This document shows positions 8,536-16,509 of a stretch of 39,757 nt of DNA, in pieces (the stretch's first letter is position 1; the number at the start of each line of letters is the position of its first letter). The stretch is from Patescibacteria group bacterium. GTDB lineage: Bacteria; Patescibacteriota; Minisyncoccia; UBA6257; GWB1-50-10. Made by a program: the position numbers and the translations under genes. Below the pieces are notes generated by a model, which had not been told where the DNA came from, ran no database searches, and saw only the letters and a list, made by a program, of their open reading frames with translations. Location: positions 1-39,757 of the forward strand of contig JASEHZ010000003.1 of the NCBI GenBank assembly GCA_030018585.1, in the 5' to 3' direction.

Positions 8536-9396
8536 TTATTTATTGATTAACCCGCGAGGACGGAAAATCAGAAAAATTATCAAAAGCGCAAAAGCAATCG
8601 CGTCTTTCCACTCGCCGGAAATCTGCCAAATACCGAAATTTTCCACAAAGCCCAAGAAAAACGCTCCAAGGACACCACCATAAACGCTGCCAATGCCGCC
8701 GATAATTGACGCAATCACGCCCTTTAAAAGCAAGCTCATACCCATAGTCGGCTCAATACCCGTATCAAAACCAACCAAAATACCGGCAAGTCCGGCAATC
8801 GCCGAACCAATAAAAAATACCCGGCCAATAATTCGGTTGGTATTAATGCCAACAATTTTTGCCACTTCTTCGTTATCGCTTGTTGCCACAATCGCTTTAC
8901 CGAAAGAAGTTTTTTTAAACATAATTAAGAGTCCAGCCATAATAACAATGCCGCACAAGAAAATAATTAACTGGGTTTGGGTAATGATACCGCCAAAAAT
9001 TTCATAAGTTTTTTCAAAACCAATGTTCCGCGAAAGCGTTTGAAATTGGCTCGAAAATAGAATCGCAATGATCGCCTGAATCACAGTAAAAGCTCCAAGC
9101 GACGCCACCAGAAGAACCATGTTTGAAGCTTTTCTTTTCCGGAGCGGTAAATAAACAATTTTATCCAAAAGATAGCCGATAAATCCGGCAACAAAAATTC
9201 CGGCGACAACACTCAAATAAATATCAACTCCAAGCATCTGCGCTAAAAAGAAAACAATATAAGCGCCCACGGCCGCTAAAACACCGTGAGCCAAATTAAA
9301 GAACTTGGTCGTGCTATAAATCAAGTTAAATCCAAGCGCAACCAAAGTATAAATTGAACCGGCAATAATGCTATTTAAAATAAGTTGAGGCAACAT
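8536..9396 (-). CDS. livH: Branched-chain amino acid ABC transporter permease
   Basis: GSIYTLVALGFNLIY...NLAHG, IIGGIGSVYG, FRPRGL. Confidence 0.9.
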   Translation of the reverse strand: MLPQLILNSIIAGSIYTLVALGFNLIYSTTKFFNLAHGVLAAVGAYIVFFLAQMLGVDIYLSVVAGIFVAGFIGYLLDKIVYLPLRKRKASNMVLLVASLGAFTVIQAIIAILFSSQFQTLSRNIGFEKTYEIFGGIITQTQLIIFLCGIVIMAGLLIMFKKTSFGKAIVATSDNEEVAKIVGINTNRIIGRVFFIGSAIAGLAGILVGFDTGIEPTMGMSLLLKGVIASIIGGIGSVYGGVLGAFFLGFVENFGIWQISGEWKDAIAFALLIIFLIFRPRGLINK

Positions 9397-9453
9397 TTAT
9401 ACTTTAAAAACAATAGAATAATTATAAATTCTTTTATTATAGCTGTAAACGAA

Positions 9454-9481
9454 ACCCAGCCATTCCATGGAATGGCTGGGT
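9454..9481. terminator. Perfect 28-bp palindrome; probable terminator or REP-like hairpin after the binding-protein gene
   Basis: acccagccattccatggaatggctgggt; minus-strand tail TTCGTTT. Confidence 0.6.
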
Positions 9482-9518
9482 AAATTTTTATTCGCGTTAA
9501 GAATTAGTTATTTAAGAA

Positions 9519-10691
9519 TCACTTTTCTGTATATAATTCACTTTTCCCTCCTTTTATAATCAAAACTTTAAAATCTACATTTTTTACTTCCCTATCAGCA
9601 CCAAATTCAATCACCGGCATACTCTCCGCTCCTTTATAAACGGTTTTTGCTAACTCATCAATTATTGCTTTATGATCAGTGCCAACCCTACCAATCACCT
9701 GAGCAAGAATTTTTATGGCATCGTAAGCAAAAGCCGCAAATGATTGATAAACTTCTTTTCCAGCAAAACTATTAAGTTTTTCCCTAAATACCGGCGAATC
9801 ATAAGTTTTAGCAACTGTATACAATACACCTTCAGCTTCTTTAACGCGCCAGATTTCCTCGCCATCAAAGGCATCGCCGCCGACAATCGGAACATTAACC
9901 GCTAATTCTTTTAATTGCTTGATGGCAGCAGAACCACTTGCTGGATAAAGCGCAGTATAAACAACATCAGGCTTGGCAGCTCTTAATTTTGTAACTAAAG
10001 TTCTAAAATCTTTAATATCTTGAGCAACCCCTTCGTCAAATACTACTTGCCCGCCCAATTCTTTAAAACGATTCACAAAAACTTCATTAATCCCTTGACC
10101 CCAATCATTTTTCACATACAAAACTGCAACTTTTGTTTTCTTTAAAGTGTTAAAGATATATTCAGCCGCAAATTTTCCCTGAAAAGCATCGGAAAAATAA
10201 ATTCTGAAAATATGATCGCCAATTTTCGTCAGATTCGGCGCCGAAGCTGTTGTAATTACAACCGGCAGATTATTTTTTTGAGCCACTGGCAATCCAGGAC
10301 CAGCCGCTGCCGAACAAACCGGGCCAATCATTGCTACTACCTTATCGATTTCTGCTAATTTAGTAATCGCATTTACGCCTTTTTTTGAAGTACAGGTGTC
10401 ATCCTCAATAATAAACTCGATTTTCCTTCCATTAATGCCGCCGGCGTCATTTACTTCTTTTACAGCCAATTGCGCGGCAGCAGCTACAGCCTCGCCGTAA
10501 CTTGCCGCCTCACCAGTCATTGGAAAAGAAGCGCCAATTTTAATTGGGCTAGTATCGGCTGCTACTCCAGTTGGGTTTGTTGTTGTGGTATTTCCTCCAC
10601 CTAATGTGGCTAAAAGGTAAATAATACCAGCAAGAACTACCACCATTATTACCCAAAGCCATGTCTTTGATTGTTTTTCTACGGTTTCCAT
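9519..10691 (-). CDS. LivJ/LivK-type ABC substrate-binding protein
   Basis: IKIGASFPMTG, AGGINGRKIEFIIEDD, IGPVCS, YDAIKI; N-terminal TM. Confidence 0.88.
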   Translation of the reverse strand: METVEKQSKTWLWVIMVVVLAGIIYLLATLGGGNTTTTNPTGVAADTSPIKIGASFPMTGEAASYGEAVAAAAQLAVKEVNDAGGINGRKIEFIIEDDTCTSKKGVNAITKLAEIDKVVAMIGPVCSAAAGPGLPVAQKNNLPVVITTASAPNLTKIGDHIFRIYFSDAFQGKFAAEYIFNTLKKTKVAVLYVKNDWGQGINEVFVNRFKELGGQVVFDEGVAQDIKDFRTLVTKLRAAKPDVVYTALYPASGSAAIKQLKELAVNVPIVGGDAFDGEEIWRVKEAEGVLYTVAKTYDSPVFREKLNSFAGKEVYQSFAAFAYDAIKILAQVIGRVGTDHKAIIDELAKTVYKGAESMPVIEFGADREVKNVDFKVLIIKGGKSELYTEK

Positions 10692-10838
10692 AAATTTACT
10701 TTAATAATATTTTTGACCTAAATTTAATTGATTAAATTCTAAACTTCTCGACCTTTAAATCTAAAAGACTACTTTTCATTTTATAGTAGATTTCTCTATA
10801 TTTTATGCCGAGATACGCTCTAATGTAAAGAGGATAAT

Positions 10839-11612
10839 TTAAAAACCAACCCTCTCGCCGTTCGCATTAATTGAGATAAGCCCTGATGCCCCCGGCCACT
10901 CCACCACACTTCTAAACCATTTGGCAATTTTTTCGCCATCCAAGCCAACGCCAATAATCGCATCCCGTGTTAAAAAAACCGCATCATACATTAATTCCGC
11001 AAAAACCGGGTGAGACAATTCTTTTTTATATTGTTCTTTATAAAGGCGGGATAAGTTTTGGAATTTTTCGTTTTTATAATTCGGCGAAAACGACTTATTC
11101 GGAAAAATACTTACAAAAAATAAATTCTGCCCCAAGTTAAATGAATTTTTAGTTGAACCCGAAATTAAAGGAATTTTATATTTTTCCGCTACCGGCAACG
11201 CTCCCAATGTTTCTTTGTCGCAAAAACCACCAATCACCACCCTGACTTCTTCTTTGACTAATTTTTCCATAGCTTTCTCCGCATCATTGCTATTACACAC
11301 TCCATCTTCGACAAAAAGCTCAAAATTATGGCTCCTTGCACCGCCTTGAGCATTAATTTCTTTAACTGCTAATTCCAAAACATTCTTTAAAGGAACGCCG
11401 TAAGAAGATTGTTTTTCGGTTAGGGGCAAAATGGCGCCGATTTTTATAAAATCACCTTGCCTCATTCCTAATTTATCAACTGACAGTTTGGGAATAAAAA
11501 ATGACGACTCTTTAAAATAACTTACGATCAACGCCAGAATAATCGCGCCAACAAAAACAAGACAGCCGTAAATCTGCTTTTTAGTTAAACAACATTTCCT
11601 TTCTTGTTCCAT
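10839..11612 (-). CDS. Internally deleted LivJ/LivK-type binding protein
   Basis: IKIGAILPLT...EDGVC...IGGFC then jumps to YDAV...GASGLISINANGER; about 120-130 aa shorter than paralogs. Confidence 0.7.
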   Translation of the reverse strand: MEQERKCCLTKKQIYGCLVFVGAIILALIVSYFKESSFFIPKLSVDKLGMRQGDFIKIGAILPLTEKQSSYGVPLKNVLELAVKEINAQGGARSHNFELFVEDGVCNSNDAEKAMEKLVKEEVRVVIGGFCDKETLGALPVAEKYKIPLISGSTKNSFNLGQNLFFVSIFPNKSFSPNYKNEKFQNLSRLYKEQYKKELSHPVFAELMYDAVFLTRDAIIGVGLDGEKIAKWFRSVVEWPGASGLISINANGERVGF

Positions 11613-11690
11613 ATTTAATAACTCCCTTAAAAATTCTGGGTTATTATAATTATAAGATATTTAAGTGGAAAAACTACCGCGATGACGTGT

Positions 11691-12131
11691 TTACCGCTTG
11701 CGCCATTGCTGCGGACGGCGGGCTTTTCTAGAACCGAATTTTTTACTCTCCACCATTCTCGGATCGCGTTTTAAAAATCCCAAAACTTTTAATTTTGGAC
11801 GCCATTCTGATTTTTCCGCAACAAGCGCCCTTGAAATACCAAGACGAATCGCTTCAGCTTGAGACAAAAGGCCGCCGCCACCTACTTGGACAGTAACACG
11901 GGAATTAGAAATTGAAAGAGTTTTAAAAGGACCGGTAATAATAGAATGTTGTTTTACTAAAGGGAAGTATTGCTTAAAATCCTTGCCATTAACCAAAATA
12001 TGAATGCTTTTTTCGCCAGCTTTATTGACAAAAACGCGAACTCTGGCAACAGATGTTTTTCGCCTGCCAATTGCTTCAAAATAACGTTCCATTTTTAGTG
12101 CTTTTTCAATTTTTTCAATTTTCTTTATCAT
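11691..12131 (-). CDS. rpsI: 30S ribosomal protein S9
   Basis: GRRKTSVARV, GGG..SQAEAIRLGISRAL, RDPRMVESKKFG..KARR.QW.KR. Confidence 0.97.
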   Translation of the reverse strand: MIKKIEKIEKALKMERYFEAIGRRKTSVARVRVFVNKAGEKSIHILVNGKDFKQYFPLVKQHSIITGPFKTLSISNSRVTVQVGGGGLLSQAEAIRLGISRALVAEKSEWRPKLKVLGFLKRDPRMVESKKFGSRKARRPQQWRKR

Positions 12132-12149
12132 AATTTAAATATATTTTAA

Positions 12150-12491
12150 TTACTTCTCAATAATTAACCTGATCATTCTTTTAGAACGCAATCGATTTTT
12201 CGGTAACATTGAATTGACTGCATGACGTAAAACCCAAGCTGGACTTTTTTGAAACACGTCTTTAAATTTCTCTTCTTTTAAATGCCCTAATGGACCACTA
12301 TGATGATAATAAATTTTTTGCAATGTTTTTTTACCGCTTAAGGTTGTCTGCTTTACATTTTTTACTATTACACGATCAGTGCCCGGGAGCCTCGGTTCAT
12401 ACTGAGGATGTTTTTTCCCTTGCAAAATAACCGCAATTTCTGAAGCAACTCTCCCTAATCTTTTATTTTTTGCATCAATAATATAATCCAT
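12150..12491 (-). CDS. rplM: 50S ribosomal protein L13 (short form)
   Basis: IDA....LGRVAS.IA..LQGK, YYHHSG..G, AV..MLPKN. Confidence 0.95.
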   Translation of the reverse strand: MDYIIDAKNKRLGRVASEIAVILQGKKHPQYEPRLPGTDRVIVKNVKQTTLSGKKTLQKIYYHHSGPLGHLKEEKFKDVFQKSPAWVLRHAVNSMLPKNRLRSKRMIRLIIEK

Positions 12492-12495
12492 AAAA

Positions 12496-12846
12496 TTAAA
12501 TAAATTTAATCATGGCCATTTTTGAACCATCGTGCTTCCTCACTTTTGCTAATTTAACAATAGTCGTATAACCACCTTTCCGATCTTTATAGCGTGGCGC
12601 TAATTCATGATAAACTTTATAAGCCGCTCTTTTTGGCAAATATTTTATAAGCAACCGCAAGGAAGCAATATTTTGTTTTTTGCCATAAGTAATAAAACGC
12701 TCAACTACAGATCTTATTTCTTTAGCTCTGGCTTCGGTTGTGGTCACGCGTTCGTGCTGAATTAAATTATTGGCCAGAATTTTTAAAAAGGACCGCCTTT
12801 TCCCTTTTTTTAAACCGAATTTTCTTCCTTTTTTTAAATGACGCAT
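12496..12846 (-). CDS. rplQ: 50S ribosomal protein L17
   Basis: MRHLKKGRKFG, TTEARAKE, RYKDRKGGYT. Confidence 0.97.
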   Translation of the reverse strand: MRHLKKGRKFGLKKGKRRSFLKILANNLIQHERVTTTEARAKEIRSVVERFITYGKKQNIASLRLLIKYLPKRAAYKVYHELAPRYKDRKGGYTTIVKLAKVRKHDGSKMAMIKFI

Positions 12847-13241
12847 GCTGTTTTTGACTAAAATTTCAAGCCCAATTGCAGCGCAGAAAATTTAGCTGCG
12901 AATTTGAGCACCGAGCACATAAAACATAAAACCAGTGTTCGATATTTCGACTTGTTGATTTGTATTATTAAAATTGATGAATATCATATGTTATCTTTAG
13001 TAATTTATGTGCTCGGTAAGTCACCGCACTATCCCGACTCCGACTGCGGTCGGAAGAGGTTTAGGTGCGCGATCCCGCACCCTCCTGAACCCATAATCTT
13101 ATCATCTCTTTACGGGCTCGGGAAGTGCGGGATCCTCGCACCTTCGACGCTCATTCCATTCGCGGGAAGGTGCGGGAGTTTTGTCTATAAAATTACTTCT
13201 TCGCCAGCTGGCGAATCGTAATTTTATACAAAGCCCTTACT
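12841..13241 (-). promoter_or_regulatory. Candidate structured cis-regulatory RNA upstream of rplQ (copy A)
   Basis: Multiple perfect stems and colinear motif conservation with 15520-15802. Confidence 0.65.
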
Positions 13242-13986
13242 TCTTTTTGCCCTTCTTTTCTTTTTCTTTATGTTTAACAACCTCAACTTTAAGAACTTCT
13301 ATGGCGGAAATTTTATCAAAATGATCTTTCAAAATATTGGCTGATTTATGAACAGCTTCTGAGGGACTAATTGAACCATCGGTTTCCACTTCAAGCTGCA
13401 GACGATTGTAATCAGTTCGATCACCGACGCGCATATTTTCAACAAAAAACGTCACTCTCACAATTGGCGAAAAAATAGCATCGAGCACAACCGTGCCAAC
13501 CGGCAATCGCTCAAGACGACGCGCTTCGGCTGGCACATAACCCAAACCCTTTTCAACTGTTAATTCTGCATCAAAATCAGCGTTTTTCTTTGTTAAGCTC
13601 GCAAGATAAAGTTCTGGATTTACAACTTTAACCAAAGTCGTACTTTGAATATCGGATGCTTTTATTTCTTTTTCGCCTTTCGCTTTTAAAGCTAAAACCT
13701 GCGGCTCTTCGGCAAAAAAATGAAAACGAACTTTTTTTAAATTAAGAGTGAATTCAACAATGTCTTCTATCATTCCCGGCAGAGTCGAAAATTCATGATC
13801 AATATTTTTAATTTTAATTTGAGTAATGGCTGCTCCCGGCAACGACGAAAGCAGTGTCCGACGGAGAGCATTGCCTAAAGTATTGCCATAACCAGTATAA
13901 AGACCTTCAATGTAAAAAATGCCGATATTTTCTTTTTCGGAAATTTTTTTAATTTCGACTGTTTCGCTTAAACGTGAATATTTCAT
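13237..13986 (-). CDS. rpoA: RNA polymerase alpha subunit, lacking the alpha-CTD
   Basis: GYGNTLGNALRRTLLSSLPGAA, HEFSTLPG..ED, VENMRVGDRTDY; ends in Lys-rich tail at 249 aa. Confidence 0.95.
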   Translation of the reverse strand: MKYSRLSETVEIKKISEKENIGIFYIEGLYTGYGNTLGNALRRTLLSSLPGAAITQIKIKNIDHEFSTLPGMIEDIVEFTLNLKKVRFHFFAEEPQVLALKAKGEKEIKASDIQSTTLVKVVNPELYLASLTKKNADFDAELTVEKGLGYVPAEARRLERLPVGTVVLDAIFSPIVRVTFFVENMRVGDRTDYNRLQLEVETDGSISPSEAVHKSANILKDHFDKISAIEVLKVEVVKHKEKEKKGKKK

Positions 13987-14065
13987 ATTTTTACTTGATC
14001 CATACTGTAACTGCGACTTGAAAATTATAACAGTTACATAAATTATTTTTTATCTTTTGAATTTT

Positions 14066-14659
14066 TTAACGGGAATAAAATTCGCCGACTAAATCTATAT
14101 TAAAATTAAAAATATTGTCTCCGCCTCTAATTGCCACGCACTCTCCTTTTAAATTATCCTTGTCTAATTTAAGCCAAGACGGCGGCACATATTGTTTTAA
14201 TCTAAGCCCAATATCCTCAAAAATCTTTAAACCTTTTGACTCGACACGAATGCTAATAACGTCCCCTATCTTAACATAATAAGAAGGAATCGTCACTTTT
14301 CTCTTATTAACCATAATATGGCCGTGGGAAACAAGCTGACGCGCAACTCTAGACGAACGAGCAAAACCAAGCAAAAAAACAACCTGGTCTAAACGGTGTT
14401 CTAAAATTTGAATAATTTTTTCTTTTGGTTTGGTGAATAAACGCCGCATTTGTTTATTGTTTAATCCGAAATAAATCTGAATTTTCTGTTTTTCCTGAAG
14501 CTGACGGCCGTAATCGGAAATAACTCTCCTTTTTTTCCCATGCATACCGGGCTTCTGCGGCCGACGCACCATAACGCACTTTGGCGAATTGCAACGATCT
14601 GCTTTTAAGAAAAGTTTTGTGCCTAAGGATCTTTCTTTTTTTTCTTTAATTCTTTTCAT
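14066..14659 (-). CDS. rpsD: 30S ribosomal protein S4
   Basis: SDYGRQLQEKQK, LEHRLD.VV, ARQLVSHGH, EFYSR. Confidence 0.97.
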   Translation of the reverse strand: MKRIKEKKERSLGTKLFLKADRCNSPKCVMVRRPQKPGMHGKKRRVISDYGRQLQEKQKIQIYFGLNNKQMRRLFTKPKEKIIQILEHRLDQVVFLLGFARSSRVARQLVSHGHIMVNKRKVTIPSYYVKIGDVISIRVESKGLKIFEDIGLRLKQYVPPSWLKLDKDNLKGECVAIRGGDNIFNFNIDLVGEFYSR

Positions 14660-14668
14660 GCTTTTAAA

Positions 14669-15121
14669 TTAAACCCTTCTTACTTTCGGTGGTTTCGGAC
14701 CATTGTGCGGCACGGGCGTTATGTCTTTTATTGATAAAATATTAAAACCTTGCGCTGCCAAAGATCTCACCGCCGAATCGCGCCCCTTGCCAATACCACG
14801 GACAAAAATACGGATATTAAAGGGGCCGGAACGTTTAATTTTTTCCGCAATAGCCTCCGCCACCCTTGAAGCGGCAAAAGGCGTTGCTTTTTTCGGTCCC
14901 GAAAAACCGATTGAACCGGCCGAAAGCCAAGTAATAACATTGCCCTTATCATCGGTTACGGTCATAATAGTATTGTTAAAAGAAGCCTGAATGTAAATAC
15001 AACCATTTTCAATTTTATGCTTAATAACCCGGCTTGTTTTTTCGTTAATCGCCGTTGAAACACTTTTAGAATCATTTATTGTTTCCTCGTTAAATTTTTT
15101 TGCTACTTTTTTCTTTCCCAT
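14669..15121 (-). CDS. rpsK: 30S ribosomal protein S11
   Basis: ASFNNTI, KKATPFAA, DITPVPHNG...PKVRRV. Confidence 0.97.
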   Translation of the reverse strand: MGKKKVAKKFNEETINDSKSVSTAINEKTSRVIKHKIENGCIYIQASFNNTIMTVTDDKGNVITWLSAGSIGFSGPKKATPFAASRVAEAIAEKIKRSGPFNIRIFVRGIGKGRDSAVRSLAAQGFNILSIKDITPVPHNGPKPPKVRRV

Positions 15122-15141
15122 AAATAAATTTGATAATGAGA

Positions 15142-15525
15142 TTATTTAAGCTCTATTTTTCTCTTACCGCTGCCGGCGGTTTTTCTTACATTGCCGCGAA
15201 TCGTCCGAGAATTAGTTTTAGTCCGCTGCCCCCGAACAGGCAAACGACGCAAATGCCTTATGCCACGATAAGCTTTTATATCTTTTAAACGACTAATATT
15301 TCCTTTGATAATTTGTCGAAGCTCGCCTTCAACTTTATAGTTTTTCTCAATCATGGACTGAATTTTACTAACTTCTTCCGGCGTCAAATCTTTTGCCCGC
15401 TTGTTCGGATTAATCTTGGTCTCAGACAAAATACGTCGGGACAATGACCGACCAATACCGTAAAGATACATTAAAGAAATTTCAATTTTTTTGCTATCTG
15501 GTATATTTACTCCAATAATACGCAT
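15142..15525 (-). CDS. rpsM: 30S ribosomal protein S13
   Basis: RIIGVNIP, YRGIRH...LPVRGQRTKTNSRT. Confidence 0.97.
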   Translation of the reverse strand: MRIIGVNIPDSKKIEISLMYLYGIGRSLSRRILSETKINPNKRAKDLTPEEVSKIQSMIEKNYKVEGELRQIIKGNISRLKDIKAYRGIRHLRRLPVRGQRTKTNSRTIRGNVRKTAGSGKRKIELK

Positions 15526-15802
15526 GCCGATTATGTATAAATTTTCGAGTCTGTAGACGATGAAAATTTATCTACAGAATCGAGCACCCCGCCCTTTTGC
15601 TTTCGTGAATTTGAATCCTGAAACAAAGCAAAGCGGAGCCCAGCACTACAACTTCGTTGTAGTGCTGGACGGAGCGATCCGACTTCGTCTTTATTTTTAT
15701 ATGTTTTCATAAATATTGCCATAAAAGGGCGGGGTAAGGTTTGATTAATAAATTTTCTGTTTCGTCAGCTGACGAATTGAAAATTTATATCAAGCCCTTA
15801 CT
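15520..15802 (-). promoter_or_regulatory. Candidate structured cis-regulatory RNA upstream of rpsM (copy B)
   Basis: Multiple perfect stems and colinear motif conservation with 12841-13241. Confidence 0.65.
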
Positions 15803-15916
15803 TTAACCTTGCCTTTGTTTATGTTTGGGATTCTGACAAATAACATAAACGCGCCCTTTGCGGCGAACTGTCTTGCATTTCATACAAATCTTTTTTACTG
15901 ATGATCTTACTTTCAT
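15803..15916 (-). CDS. rpmJ: 50S ribosomal protein L36 (missing from the ORF track, 37 aa)
   Basis: Manual translation [37 protein letters not shown]; CxxC...C...H zinc ribbon. Confidence 0.97.
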   Translation of the reverse strand: MKVRSSVKKICMKCKTVRRKGRVYVICQNPKHKQRQG

Positions 15917-16042
15917 CCCTCACCCTTTGAGAATCATTAAGAATAATTCTCTTATAAAATATTGACCTTTTGTTATATTGATTATAGTCATAAATAAATT
16001 TGGATAAATAACCCTGGAAAAGAATCCTCAAAGGGTGAGGGA
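15916..16042. mobile_element. Empty MITE-like element abutting the rpmJ start codon
   Basis: atccctcaccctttgag (15915-15931) / ctcaaagggtgagggat (16027-16043) perfect 17 bp; flanks ttca / ttcg. Confidence 0.6.
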
Positions 16043-16202
16043 TTCGTCCCTTTTATCGATTTGGATAAATGCTTAGTATTCATAACATAAATTTTATAAT
16101 TTGGTTTTGGTTGTTTCTAGCGGGTTCATTCCCCACAAAAAATACGAACGCTAAATTGCTTCAAAACAAAATATCCGCAAAAATCTTAATTGTACAATCT
16201 GT

Positions 16203-16424
16203 TTAGAGTCTTCTTACAATTCTGCCTCGCCGCGCATCATAAGGCGTCATTTCAACTATCACCCTATCGCCGGGGATTACCCTGATTCTGTTTAATTTTA
16301 ATTTGCCGCCCAAATGAGCTAAAATTTCCTGATCGCTATTATTTGGCTTAATTTTAAATAATAGACTGGGCAGAGCTTCGAGAACAATGCCTTCTATTCT
16401 TTCTATCTTCGAATCTGGTGCCAT
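16203..16424 (-). CDS. infA: Translation initiation factor IF-1
   Basis: EG.VLEALP, ILAHLGGKL....IRVIPGDRV.VEMTPYD..RGRI. Confidence 0.96.
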   Translation of the reverse strand: MAPDSKIERIEGIVLEALPSLLFKIKPNNSDQEILAHLGGKLKLNRIRVIPGDRVIVEMTPYDARRGRIVRRL

Positions 16425-16464
16425 TTATTTAATTTATATGTATTACCAATTAAGGTATTTTTAA

Positions 16465-16492
16465 ATTATATAAAACGGGTTAAAAAAGTCAA
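16465..16492 (-). promoter_or_regulatory. Sigma70-type promoter for infA-rpmJ-rpsM operon
   Basis: TTGACT-16 nt-TATAAT on the minus strand. Confidence 0.65.
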
Positions 16493-16509
16493 TCAATCCT
16501 TCCCTATTT

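Noticed and set aside
12904-13221. 105-aa plus-strand ORF in the rpoA-rplQ spacer
   Set aside because: Antisense, made of palindromic sequence, not an alpha-CTD; better explained as structured RNA
15531-15722. 63-aa minus-strand ORF before rpsM
   Set aside because: Crosses hairpins of the leader and has no counterpart in copy A
15819-16031. 70-aa minus-strand ORF
   Set aside because: Out-of-frame overlap with the real rpmJ
15998-16070. 12-bp direct repeat atttggataaat
   Set aside because: Two AT-rich copies only; not a CRISPR array and plausibly chance
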